DNA of 63,994 nucleotides, filler included, from Reclinomonas americana ATCC 50394 (lineage: Eukaryota): assembly GCA_048213135.1 (NCBI GenBank). It is 13 parts of 13 records of this genome, joined end to end, with 100 filler letters (N's around TTAATTAATTAA, not from the genome) between each part and the next. Parts side by side here need not be neighbours in the genome. Positions count along the whole stretch, not along the records: positions 39,037 to 41,420 come from AFZH01017073.1; positions 41,521 to 47,269 come from AFZH01017074.1; positions 47,370 to 56,671 come from AFZH01017075.1; 10 more parts are not named here. One strand, given 5' to 3'. The notes beneath the pieces are model-generated. The model had not been told where the DNA came from. It saw only the letters and a list, made by a program, of their open reading frames with translations, and made no database searches. Position 1 is the first letter of the stretch; every line of letters begins with the position of its first letter. The position numbers were made by a program, and so were the translations under genes. Below are positions 40,340 through 53,170 of the stretch, piece by piece.

Positions 40340-41420
40340 GCCTGCCGAGTCGAGGTCACTGTCGACGTCAGAAGGGATCAAGATGCAGCCATTGCGTTTT
40401 CTGTGTGACGCAAAAATGTTTTGGTTTCGATACCCAAAGAAAAGACTGCCTAATGAACAAAGAGAACCTGACCACATCAGGAAATTGATGGGTTTTGAGA
40501 GACTAACATTTCTGCATGCATTCACTTCCGCAATAAATACTCCCTTTTTCGCAACCGCTCAACTGTTCAGAGTCAGGTCAACCACACTCACGGTGACAAG
40601 CACGACAGCCTCCAGCCAACGAGAATGCTCAAGGATACGACGCTCCAATACGAAACGTAGGAAAGGGGTCACCACTCGAATCAGGAAGAACGTGAGCAGG
40701 AGATAGTTGAAAAAGCGCCCAAAGGTGAACCCGCCCTCTGCGTACACATTGCTCCAGTGGCATCGATACGGTGATCGCGCGGCCACGACAACGATGAGCA
40801 GAGCCGTGCACCACACATCTACCGCATACGCAAAAAGCTGGATAATCAACTTGAAAAACAAAATCCCTCCCATCTCATGGCATCGGCACAAGAACATCGC
40901 AACCAGGCAAAGACTGGACGACACCATTTGACCCGTCGCACCGTCAATCATCTTGCCGAACATGCTTCGGTCGACGCACGCGCAATCTGAATTGCCAGCG
41001 TAGTAACACGTTGTCCGATCAAGAAACAATGCGTCTCTGATCGTATCCTCCATGTCAGAGTGCGCTCCTTCGAGCGTCGATTCGGCGCGCACAGTGCCAC
41101 TTGACTGACCGGCAAGGTATCCTCCACAGCATACAGTTTGAGACCAGCCTTTTCCAGGCACATAGTTGGACGTGCACTTGTCCAGACATGCTTCGCTGGC
41201 AAACGGGGGATCGTAGGCCGTGTACTGTGACAAGCTTAAATTACACGAGCGCTGCAATGCACAGTGAACAGGGTGGACCCTCACCCACACAATCATTGCC
41301 GCCGCAACACCCAGCAAGTTGCCCGCAATCGCCAGCGACCCCCGGATGACCACGTACTTTTCCTTGCGCGATAGCTTTGTGCATGCGATACGCACAAGTG
41401 CGATAATCACGGCAATGCCG
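40340..41420 (-). CDS. Hypothetical multi-pass membrane protein with Cys-rich loop (partial)
   Basis: Long open frame 40559-41410 with hydrophobic segments (SLAIAGNLLGVAAAMIVWV, VWCTALLIVVVAA, FFNYLLLTFFLIRVV) flanking CLDKC..CCGG..CYY..CAC. Ends and introns are uncertain. Confidence 0.45.
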
Positions 41421-41797
41421 NNNNNNNNNNNNNNNNNNNNNNNNNNNNNNNNNNNNNNNNNNNNTTAATTAATTAANNNNNNNNNNNNNNNNNNNNNNNN
41501 NNNNNNNNNNNNNNNNNNNNAAATGAGACTCTTTCTTCTCTCTTTCACTTTCTCATTCTATCTTTCTTTTTATCTCTCTCTCTCTGTCATTCACTCTTTT
41601 CCTTAATCTCTCTATCTTCTATCATTTCCTTTATCTCTCTCTCTCTGTCATTCTCAATTTTCCTGTATCTCTCTCTATCATTCTCCCTTTTTCTTTACCT
41701 CTCTGTCTTCCCTTTCCCTCTCTCTTTCCTTTGTCTCTCTGTCTCTCTCTTCCTCTCTCTCTCTTCCCCTTCCCTCTCTCTCCTCCCTTCACGCAAC

Positions 41798-44700
41798 GAT
41801 TGCCCAGCGGTCCCGGCATGCGCCAACGCTGCCCGAGCCAGTACGCCTTGACCGGATCCTCAAACCCGGACTGCAGCACCGAGTTGCGCGCAATCTCGCA
41901 CATGTCGGCCGAGCTGAGGTTGTAGATTTGCGAGGCCACACTGTACTCCTCCACCAGCGCCTGGTTCGTAAAGTGGAACATGAGGGGGTCTGTGACACGA
42001 GGTGAAGGGATGAGAAGGGAGAGAGAAAGAGAGGGAGAAGAGGGAAGGAGAGAGAGACCGTCGGTGGACAGCGACACGTTCAGTCCGCGGGCAAAGAGCT
42101 GCGGGAACGGATTTTCGCGGATGCTGAGGAAGAGAGCGTTGTTGCTCAGAGGCGACACCGCAATGCCGATTTGCGTCAGGTAGAAGCTACGAGAGAAGTC
42201 AGTGTGACGAAGATCGGGACAAGAAATGGCCTGCAGTGCGCAACAGATACTGGAGCACTGGCGACGCGTGCAGGCGAATGCCGTGGTTGATGCCGTCGGC
42301 CAGGAAAAAGGCGGAGATGAGGTGCTCCGTGTCGCCCGCCTCGCCGCAGTGCGGGCGGAAGGCGAAGGTGTCTGCGGGGGAGGGGGAAGGGGGAAGGGAG
42401 AAAAAGGGAAGGGGAAGGGAAGGGACAGGAAAGGATGAGGAGACTTTCAGCACTTCTACATTAAATAAGGTCTTCTTCGGTCTCTGTTCCATTTTTTCTT
42501 GTCTCTGTCCTCCCTCTCTCTGGTCCTGCAATTCTTACATTCTTGAGCTCTTCCACACGAAATAAGGTCTTCTTCGGTCTCTATTCCATTTTGCTCTATT
42601 GTCTCTGTCCCTCCCCCTCTCTGGTCCTGTAATTCTTACATTCTTGAGCACTTCTACTTGAGATAAAGTCTTCTTCGGTCTCTACTCTCTGGTCTTGTAA
42701 TTCTTACATTCTTTCATCATTCGTTTTCTCTGTCTGTCATCGTGTTATTCATTCTCTCTTTCCCTCATTTGCAGTCGGATTCATGTTTCTTGCCCCTTCT
42801 CTCTCTGATTGTGTCGGTCTCTCTGCATGTTTCTCTCATATTTGCTCCTTTATTCTCATTCCTTTCCCTTGCGCCTTTTCATTGATCTTCTCAGTCTCAC
42901 TTCTCTCTCATCTGCCGTTTTCTCTCTCGCATAACCGCGTCGTTCAGCCTAATCCACTCACCCTTCCTGAAAGCATCTCTCTCCCTCGTTGTCTTTTTCT
43001 CTTCACTTTCTCATTCCCATCTGTTTTCTCTCTGGCTGTTGCTCTCTTTCACTCCCTCTCGCTTGCTGTCGTCGCTTCCTCTCGTCGTGTCGCATCCCAC
43101 ACCTCAAGCGCTCTCTCTCTCTTCTCTTAATCTCCGTCTCTCAATTAATAGTTCTCTCCTTCTCAGTTTTCTTCATCGTGTCGTTCTACAGCTCCTTTAT
43201 CGATTCGCACTACTTCTCAGCCATTCCCTCACGCACTCTCTCTGAACATGGCATTCTCACTTTCTCCCTCGTTTTTGCACTCTATCTTCCCCTCTTCATT
43301 CACCATGTCTTTCATATGCTGTCGTAATCCCACCCTCGATCTCTTTCCTCTCTCACTCATTGCTTTCTTTTTTCCGCCTCTCTCTCATCTTATTGTTCTC
43401 ACGTCACTATGTCTCTCATTTTGTCGTTTTCTTTCTCACTCCGATCTATCGTTTCTCAGTCTCTGTTTATCGCTCTCTCTGGCTGTCGCTTTCGTTCACA
43501 CCCTCTCACTGTCGTTCTCCCTCTTTCTCTCCCTCTCATACGTCCTATCTTTCTCTGTGCTATTCTCTCCGTTCCTCTAATCTTGTCGTTCTCTCACTCT
43601 CGATCTCTTCCATTCTCTCTCTCATCGCACTGTTCTCAATCCGTTCCTTTCATCTTGCCATTCTCCCTCTCTTTCTCCCTCTCAATCTCTTTTTCTCTCT
43701 TTCTCCGCCTCTCTCCTCTCCCTCTCCCTCCCCCGCTCACTGTTGCTTTGTTTCTCTCTTCTTGGAGCTCTCTTTCTCAGTGTCCATCTCTCCATCTCCC
43801 ACTCCAAGCTACTGTTGTTCTCTCCGTCTCTCTGTTCTCTCTCGCACACACATTTAAAAGTTTTCTCTTTCTCTCTCACACACAGACATCTGATTGTTCA
43901 CTCTTTCGCTTTCTCTCATATTGTCGTTCTGCCTCCCTCACTCTCTGTGAGTCTGGCTGCAGCTCTCTCTCTCTCTCTCTTCCCTTTCTCTCCGCCTCTC
44001 TCCCTCTCCCTCCCTCCCTCTCCCTCCCTCCCTCTCACCCCCTCCCTCTCCCTCTCTCTCTCCTCCAATCACATACACAACAGCTGTGCTGAGCACGCAA
44101 CTCATCCCACGCTCCTTGCGGAAGCGGTTCAACACAAATAAGTTGGAGTACCAGCTGCACCGAAAACAATGTCAACTCGACACCTCTTATCAACCACAAG
44201 CACTCCACACGCAACTAGTACTGGTAGTACGTGTACGGCGGATTGCTGTGCGAAAAAAAGGTGAGCTCTTTTCTAATCCCTCTCCACCTTCCCCACCACT
44301 CACCCATTGTAATTCCACTGCTGCGGCGGCCACAGCGTGTGATGGAAGCGCCGCTCGTGCTTCGACTCGTCGTCCACCGAGTCAATCGCCACCACCTGCC
44401 GCAGGAACATGTGCAGATCGGGGTTGCTCGATGGGTCGGCGGTGACCTCGAACAGCGGCACGAAAAAGTCTGCACTCCATTCTCAGCAGACAGTATCGAC
44501 ATTGCGTTCTCCCAGTCCTCCACACCCCGCAACTGTCAATCATCTCCTGGAACGACTTGACCTTGCCGGTGTCAAACAGCACCGTGTAGATGCGCGGCGC
44601 CTGGATCATCCATCGCACATTGGGCGACGACAGGCGGTGATGCAGCACCCAGCGCGCAACCGATGTCCATTCGTCGCGCTGCAAGGAGATCGAGTGAGTG

Positions 44701-45981
44701 CTTAAAGGTTGCTCTCTCTCTCTCTCCCTGTCTTTCTCTCTTCTCTTCTCTCACTCTCTCTCTCTCTCTCTCGCTCGCTCTCTCTCTCTTCTCTTCTCTC
44801 TCCCTCCCTCTGTCTCTCTCTCTCTCTTCGCTCTCTCTCTCTTCGCTCTCTCTCTCCCTCCCCCCCTCCCTCTCCCTCGCCTCCACCACCGCAACACGCA
44901 CCGATCCACCATAGACCGAGATGCGCGGCTCGGAGCCCACATACTTTTCGCTCTCGAAATCGTGAAACACGGAGCGTGCAATCTCCGCAAAGTACCGGCC
45001 GTCCATGTGGTTCTCGGTCTTGATGAAAATCGTGCGCAGCAGCGACTGGCCCATGGGGTTGTACTTGAGGTTGAAGTTGTCGAAGCGCTGGAAGGTGGAC
45101 TCGTCGGCCTGTCGCACCAAGGGTCAACGAAAGAAAAAGAGAGCGAGGGAGAAAGCAACATAGGGGTTGGCGCAACGTGCACGCCGAGGGCGTCGACGTT
45201 GAGGGTCTCCGGGTTCATATTGAGCGACTGGAAAACTTGTGCGAGGGTCATCTCGCGGCCGCTGCGGTCCTTGTGGACAATGTCCTGAAAGGGGGGTGAG
45301 AGGGGAAGGGGGTGAGGGGGGGAAGGGGGAGGGGGAAGGGGGGTAAAGGGGAAAGGGGGGAAGAGGGAAGGGAAATCATGGGGGAAGGGATGGAGGGGAG
45401 GACAATAGGAGGGGGAAGAGGGAAGCGAGGATAGCTATCTTCTTCCTCCACCTCCGCCTACCAGCAAGGTGAGACAGAGCGAGAAATATATCTCATTTCT
45501 TCTCAAACACGAGAAATGAGTTACAGAGGAGTGCGACTCAGGAGGAAGCAATGATGACCTGAGAAATAAAGAAGCGCCCGTCTGCAAATCCCTTATCTCC
45601 TTTCGCGCACCAACTGTCACACGACTTTATGCCCCGCCCTTTCTCTCAGTCTCTTTTCTCACAGCTCTCCGTCTTTCCGTCCCTGTTGACTTTCTGTTTC
45701 CTCGTTTTCTCTCTCACACACAGTCTTTTTTCTTCTCTCTCTCGCTCTTTCACTCTCACCATGTCTCTATGCCTCGACCTTCCTTTCAGTTTCAGTCTGT
45801 CTCTCTATCCCTTTCCTCTTTTTTCTCACTTTCTCTTCCTCCTCACTTTCTCTCCCTCAATCTTTCTCTCTATTCTCACTTGTTTGCTTCTCTCATGCAT
45901 TCTTTCATACTTTCTCTCTTCTTTTTTCACTCTCATCATGTCTTCACGCCTCGCCATCCTTGTCAATCTCTCTCTCTCCCT

Positions 45982-46031
<50 letters not shown>

Positions 46032-47236
46032 ACTCTCACCATGTCTTCATGCCTCGCCATCCTTGTCAATCTCTCTCTCCCCCTTTTCTCTTCTCTCTCT
46101 CTCTCTCATTCACTCTCACCATGCCTTCATGCCTCGCAATCCTTGTCAATCTCTCTCTCACCCTTGTCTTTCTTTCTCCTCTCTCTCTCTCTCACACTCA
46201 CTCTCACCATGTCTTCATGCCTCGCCATCCTTGTCAGTCTCTCTCTTCCCTCTCCTTGTCTCTTCTCCTCTCTCGCTACACTCTTCTCCACCACTGCATA
46301 TTTCCACTCTCTCCCTCTTCGCAACATCAGCATGGTGTCGCGCCTTGTCGCGAATGAAATCCAGCAGGCGCTGCTGGCTGCAGATGGAAGCCAGGTGGAT
46401 GTGCGTGTCGACTTTGAAGACGTTGTAAAAGTCGCGACCAGACACTTTCTGCGGATGGAGAAGGGGGGGAAGGAGGTGAGTCGAGGGAGAAAATGGGAGT
46501 GCTCTTTGTTGCGCGCTTCTCTTATTCGTCTCTATGCAGGCTCTCCCCTCCAAACACACGCACACACCTGCTGCTCCTTCAGCTCCGCGCCCCAGTTCAG
46601 CGACTTGTGAATGGTGAACTTGCGCTCCAGCAACGTGAGACGCCGGTGGCAGTAGGTGAGCAGCGGGCCGTCGGTGCAGAGGGCGGAGAGGCGCTTGTGG
46701 ATGGCGTAGTACTCGGGCATGCCCATAAAGGCGATGCGCGGCTGATTGGCGGCGGCCGCTGCGCAGGGCAAGGGTGTGGGTCGAAAAAGGAGGCGAGAAT
46801 GGAGAAGGAGATGTGTGGCGTACCTTCTTCAGAGTCGTACACTTGCATGACGCCGTCTTTCATGCGGAACACCGAGGTGGAGCGCGGGATGGAGGCGGCG
46901 TCGCAGGCGTAAGGGTCAAAGGGAAGGTCGGGGGAGTCCTCAGCAGCGGAGTCGCCGGTTCCGTGGTGGGCGAGGAGCTGCGCGAGTGGGGATGAGGGAA
47001 AGGGAGAGGGAAAGGGACAGGGTTAGGGAAAGGGGGAGAGTGGGAAAGGGAGAGGGAAAGGGTGAGGGAGAGGGAGACGGAAAGGGAGAGGGAAGGGGAG
47101 AGGGAAAAGGGAGAGGGAAAGGGAGAGGGAAAGGGAGAGGGAAGGGGAGAGGGAAAAGGGACAGGGAAAGGGAGAGGGAACTGCTGTACCGTACATCCGC
47201 CTTGGCCGTACAGCAGTCCTCTCTCTCTCTCTCTCC

Positions 47237-47269
<33 letters not shown>

Positions 47270-50200
47270 NNNNNNNNNNNNNNNNNNNNNNNNNNNNNNN
47301 NNNNNNNNNNNNNTTAATTAATTAANNNNNNNNNNNNNNNNNNNNNNNNNNNNNNNNNNNNNNNNNNNNGGAAAAGGGAGAGGGAAGGGGAGAGGGAAAA
47401 GGGACAGGGAAAGGGAGAGGGAAAGGGGGAGAGTGGGAAAGGGAGAGGGAAAAGGAGAGGGAAAGGGAAAGGATTTGGGAAAGGGGGAGAGTGGGAAAGG
47501 GAGAGGGAAAGGGAGAGGGAAAGGGAGAGGGAAGAGGAGAGGGAAAGGGGGGAAGAGGAGAAGGGATAGGTGAAACTCGGCGAGAGGAAGTGAGGTGGAG
47601 AGAAAGACGAAGTAGTTTTACGAAAGGTTGAGAGAGAAGGGACGGCAAAGGGAGAGAGAAGGGGAAGGACAAAAGGAAATAGAGTTTGCAAAACATCGGT
47701 GAGGGTCAGGAGAGCTGCAGAGTGTGAGAGATTGAGAGGGAAGTGTGGAGTGGGAATGCAAGGAGGGAGGGAGCGGTATGAGGGCAAGTAAGTTAAAAGA
47801 GGAAAGGATGAGATGAGAAAAGATGCAGGAAGCGTCTGTGTACTAAGTAGTAGAAGTCGAAGGTGGGAAGAAAGACCAGTGGCGTGATAAACCAAGAGAG
47901 TGAGAGAGAAAAGAGAGACAGAGAGTGCGAGCGAGAGAGAATGAGAGAGACGGAGACAAGGGGCATCATGCACTCTTGCTGACGATCGCAATACGTTGCA
48001 GTGCTTCATGAAGAAGCGCGCACAAAAAATCAGAGAAGAGAAAGTTTGGAGGGATGCAAATAAGGGAAAGTGCAGAGAAGGAGAGAATGTGGGAGAGAGT
48101 CAAGACGGAACGTGGGCGCAAGAGTGTAAAAGCATTCGATCTCGACGCCAGCAATGACTCAGTCCCTCCATCTCCATCTCCTCTTTCCGCTGTCTTTCCT
48201 TCTCAGTCTCTCCAGGCCTCACACATTGTCACCTCTCTCCTTCCCCTCCATCCTCACCTCATCCACCCCACTCCCCGCATCATGCTCGCTGTACACGCGG
48301 CGACGCAAGAACTGGTACGACGGATGCTGCATACAAACAAAATGAGCGCCACGTGCACCCACAGCGAGCACAAAACTCACAGCGGCAGCACCTCGTACAA
48401 CTCCGCATGACTGCGAAACGCTGCACGCAAGTCCAGCAACTCCACCAACTGCGACACTGCCGTGATGGCCTCTGCCGGCAACTCCTCCTCCTCTGTCATC
48501 AGAAGGAAGAGTGAGGGCGAGGCGATACATCGCAAAGGATCGGGAAAAAGAGATACAAACCACTGACAGCCGCGATGCGCTCTGTGCGCGCCCTGACACT
48601 CGCCTCCACGTCCACGCCGAACAGGGCATCGCTGGAGGAGGACGAGTGCAGGGACACGGACGACGACGACGGCTTGACAGGTGGCGGGGCAGCAGCAGTC
48701 GCTGCAGTGGCCGCAGCTGCAGCCGCCGCCGCCGCCGCTGCCGCACCCGATCCGGTCGGCCCGTCTGCAAGAGGGAAAGAGAAAATGAGAGGGAATCGGA
48801 AAATGGCCGTCGTCTGCACAATCCCAAACTCACGCCACGCAGTAAACTCGGCGTACTTGGCCGCGTCCCGCGCCGCCGTCTCCTCGGCCACCTTTAGCAC
48901 GTCGTCGAGTGACACTGCCACGTCCTCCGACTTGGGAATGTACGATCTGTGGCGGTGAAGGGAAGGAAGGAAGGAAAAAAGGAGAGGTTTGTGACACGTG
49001 CTGGAAGTAGGAGCATATATCTCATTCCCTTGCATGCACCCCACTCTCTCGTTCTCTGTCACTGCATTTCACTCTGCTTTTCTGTTTGCTCTCTCTTTCT
49101 CTCTCTCTCTCTGCCACTGCTTGTTGCTTTCTTCTCTCTTCCTCCTTGCACGCTCACAGTTCTCCTCCAGAAACACTCTCTCCAAACTCTGAGGAGTTCG
49201 ATTTCACGAGTCCTTCAAGGCAGAGAGTCTCCTATCCTCTTTTCTCTCACTCTTGCAGTTTTGCATCCCTGCGCCAGCGCACTCAATGACCAACGTATGC
49301 TCCTTGCTGAGTCTCTTGTGTTCCTTTGCATACCGCGCAGGAGGGATTCCTTAACTGTCGTAGCTGACTATTCGTGCTCTGTGCAGCTTCTTGCCAACAC
49401 CGACATTCTCCTCTATCCCTCTCTTCTCCCTGCGACCGCGCAAGAGGCATTCGTTAACTGTCGTAGCCGTGGTAAGGGACTATTCGCGCTCTGTGCAGCT
49501 TCTTACGTACACCTTCATTCTCCTCTATCCCTCTCTTCTCCCTGCGACCGCGCACGAGGCATTCCGAACTCTCGCAGCTGTGATAAGCGACTGTTTGCAC
49601 CTGCGCAGCTTCTTACGTACTCCTCAATCCCTCTCTTCTCTCTGCGACCGCGCAAAATGTACTCCTGACTCTCGCCGCTGCGTGCAGCGACTATTCGTGC
49701 TCTGTGCAGACTGTATTCTCCTTCGTGCACAACCAACCTGCGGCCAAAGAAGAAACCGACTTTGGGCTCCGAGCCGGCGGCTGCCGACGACGAGACGGCC
49801 TCGTCGAGATGGTCGGCGGATTGACGCGAGGAGAACATGCCGCGCGTCGATTGGCGCAGGAAGGCGAGCGGGTCAGAGGAGGCGGGGGTGCCCTGCGAGG
49901 GAAGGGAGAAGAGTGAGGGACAGAAGAGAAGGAGGAGGTGAAGAGGGAAGAGGAGGAAGAGGAGAGCAGGAAGAAGAGGAGAGCAGGACGGAGAGAAGAA
50001 GAAGGAGGAGAAGTGAAGCAGGAGATGAAAGCGGTGGAGACCGGGCAGCTGGAACGAGAAACAACTGCAGACAAAAGAAAAGCCAAGGAGAAGGACGTTG
50101 AGAAGAGCAAGAGAAGAAGAAGAAGTAGGAGGACGAGGAGGTGAAGAAAGAAGAGGAGGAAGAGGAGAGCAGAAGGAAGAGAAAAAGGAGGAGGAATAGG

Positions 50201-51136
50201 GAAACAAGAGAAGAAGGCGGTGGCGACTGGGCACGGGGAACGAGAAAGCCAAGGAGAAGGACGACAAGAAGAGCAAGAGAAGAAGAAGGAGAAGGCAGAC
50301 AAGGAGGGGAGAAGGTTTCGGAGGCAAGAAATGAGAGTGTCTGTGAGAGAGGAGGTGAAGAGTGAGGGAGAGAGGAGAGTGAGGAAGAGTGCAGATGATG
50401 AATGGAAGGGGAGGTGAAGAAAGAAGAGGGGAACCAGAGAGCTGCAGACAGCAGGAGGCAGGAGGAATACTTTGGAAAGAGGAGATAGAAATGGACGAGT
50501 GGAACGACACGAAGCGCAAGAGAAGGAGGAGAATGGGCAGAAGGCTTTGGAGGCAAGAAAAGAGGAGGAGTAAGAGGAAGAGGAAGAGGAGGAGAGAGGA
50601 AGAGGAAGGAGGCGGAGGCGGGGGAGTAAGAGAAGGAAGAGGAAACGACAAGAAATCAAAGAGAAACGTCAGGAGATGGAGAAGAAACAGCGGAGGGGGA
50701 AGGAGGGAAGAAAGAAGAGCGTCTGTGAGAGAGGAGGAGGAGAAGGAAGAGAACGGAAGGAAAAGAGAGAAAGAACGAGAGAGCAGGAGGGGAAGCAGAC
50801 AAAGAATGGAGAGAAGAAGGTGAAGGGATGAAGACGGAGGAGGAACAGGAAGCAGAGGAAAAGCAAGAAGTGCAAGAGAAGAGACAGACAACGCGCGGGA
50901 AATCATCATGCATGCAAACTGCAGACAACACAACACTCTCACTACACTCTTTCTCTCTCTCTCTGTCTCACATACACGCACACATAAACACGCTCTCTCT
51001 CTCTCTCTCTCTCTCCTTCTCACACTTTCACTCTCATTTCCCTTCTCCTCTCTCTCACACACACACTCACATCTGACTTGGCGCGCTTCACCGCCGGCTC
51101 TCCATCATCACTCGCACTCTCTCCAGCTCGTTTCAT
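41798..51136 (-). CDS. AMPD: AMP deaminase, multi-exon, spans one gap, 3' end missing
   Basis: [140 protein letters not shown]. The inferred first exons (51136-51071, 49892-49738) splice in frame but are less certain. Confidence 0.95.
42450..42712. repeat. Intronic degenerate tandem repeat, about 3 copies
   Basis: Repeated ataa(g/a)gtcttcttcggtctct...ctctggtc.tg.aattcttacattctt inside the long AMPD intron. Confidence 0.75.
45930..46245. repeat. Intronic tandem repeat, about 4 copies interleaved with (CT)n
   Basis: Repeated ctctcaccatgtcttcatgcctcgccatccttgtcaatctctctctc. Confidence 0.8.
47181..47216. other. Mate-pair internal adaptor (artefact)
   Basis: Exact CTGCTGTACCGTACATCCGCCTTGGCCGTACAGCAG near a contig end, where the purine-rich strand flips to pyrimidine-rich. 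Confidence 0.93.
49330..49712. repeat. Intronic degenerate tandem repeat, about 3-4 copies
   Basis: Repeated atccctctcttctc.ctgcgaccgcgca...gactattcg.gctctgtgcag in AMPD intron 2. Confidence 0.75.
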
Positions 51137-51888
51137 CACAAGAACACAAAAAAACTAAATGAAACACAAGAGCAATATCGATTGTCAACTTCGCGATCGG
51201 AGAAACCCACTCTCCTGCTCAAGCGGCCTTGGCACTTCCTCTCCCTGTTCTCCTGCTGTTGTCTCCTCTTATCTGCGCGCTTTCCATTCTTCTGCAATTG
51301 CACAGCAAAAGCGAGTGGACGTTGACGTCGAGAAATATGAGAAGATGACTGTTGGGAAAGAGCAATTATGTGTTTTTGTCGGTGTACCAAAGTCATTGTC
51401 GACAAGGGAATTGTGGACATTTGTCGCATTATTGCAATGCGGCGCGCGAATGAAGTGTTTTGCTCAGCGATAACTTCGAACGATATTGCAATTCAATGCA
51501 GCTTTCAGTTGTCTCTCACATTGCCGTGACTGGCACACACTCATTCACCCTGTCCTCCCATTCAATCCTCGCTTCTCCCGCGAGCTCCACGCTTGCAATT
51601 GCTCAAAAACCTGCAAAGCAAGTCGTGCGCACGTCACGCCTTCGAAATATCAATGCAACCCGGAATTGCACAATTTCTTCACTCGTTGCCTTGACACACT
51701 CCGTTCCCTTGTCCATCTCATCCTCTTCTCCCACACACACGCACTCCATAAACACACATTACATTGACACTGCTGTCCTCTCGGAGAATTATGCCGATTG
51801 TCCCCACTCACTCACTCTTCTCGTTGCCTCGGCACGCACGCGCATACCCCCCTCCCTCCCAATACCTACTTCACCCTCTTTTCCAATC

Positions 51889-52857
51889 ATGAGCAAGGCA
51901 TTCGTGCAGAAGCCCGCGCCCGCGTTCACCGCCACGGCTGTGGTCGGCGGCGAGTTCAAGGATGTCTCCCTCGATGACTTCAAGGGTGAGTGAGAGGAGG
52001 AGGAGAGGGAGAAGAGAGAGGGAGAGGGAGAGAGAGGAGGGGGGGAGGAGGAGGAGGAGGAGAAGAAGAAGAGAGAAAAAGAGATTGAGGAGAAGATGTG
52101 AGAAAAGTGCACTTTGTTGTCTTGCACTCTCTGCTCGCTCGCTTTGTGTATGTGTGCATCTGTTTGTGCAAGAGTGTGTGCAAGCGTGTATGTGCTGAGA
52201 GAAAGTGAGAGAAAGATGCACATTTTTCCGCTCACTGTTGTCATCTCTTTGTTTGCACACGCGCACACTGTCACACACTACCCCCCCTCTCTCTCTCGCA
52301 CTTGCACACACTTCTGCACACACTTGCAAGTGAGTGACGTCGACGACATGTCCGCACATCGCACTTGTCTTTCCCACTCCCACTCTCCCTCCCTGCTGCA
52401 CACACACGCAAACACGCGCGCACACGTAGCCACACTCCACCGCTCACTCTCCTCAACTCGTCACTTGCATTTCATGCGCGTGCGTGTGTTTTGTTTGCTG
52501 AACATTGCGTCACTTCTTTTTGTGTTTTTGCAACAGGCAAGTACTTTGTGCTGTTCTTCTACCCGCTCGACTTTACGTTTGTGTGTCCGACGGAGATTAT
52601 CGCGTTCTCGGACCGCGCCGATGAGTTCCGCGCTCTCGGATGCGAGGTTGCCGCTGTGTCGGTCAGTCGGAGTTTCTTATGTGTGGGAGGGAGCGAGAGG
52701 GAGGGGGAGAGAGGAAGGGAAAAGGGGTAAGGGGGAAAGGGAGAAGGAGATGAAGGAGGGACAGCAGAATGCTGTAATCATCGGAGTTTTGACTGCTGCA
52801 AGTTTGTTTGTTGATGTATGAGTGTGTGCTTGTTTGTGTGTCTTTTGTGTTCTATGC

Positions 52858-52889
<32 letters not shown>

Positions 52890-53130
52890 TAGAGAGAAGA
52901 GAGACAAGATGCACAGCTTTAAAATGTGTGATCATCAGAGTTTTGACCGCGTTGCAAGTTTGTGTGCAGAAGATTGAGAGTGTGTGTGTGTGTGTGACTC
53001 TTTGTGTGCGTATGTGTGCGTGTGTGTGAGAGAGAAGAGAGAAAGTAGGAGAGAGGCAAGAGGCACAGTACAGTACAATGTTTGATCATCGGAGTTTTGA
53101 TTGGCTTTGCAAGTTTGTTTGTTGTGAACG

Positions 53131-53170
<40 letters not shown>

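Noticed and set aside
42783..44141. Long Leu/Ser/Phe-rich ORFs resembling membrane proteins (also 45629-46610, 49515-51062, 55143-56727, 59536-60401)
   Set aside because: Translations of CT/GA microsatellite-rich introns, where stop codons are simply rare.
47181..47216. 36-nt element with inverted CTGCTG/CAGCAG ends, also at 39058, as a MITE or CRISPR-like repeat
   Set aside because: Matches a mate-pair library internal adaptor and sits at contig ends; flanking sequence there is likely chimeric.
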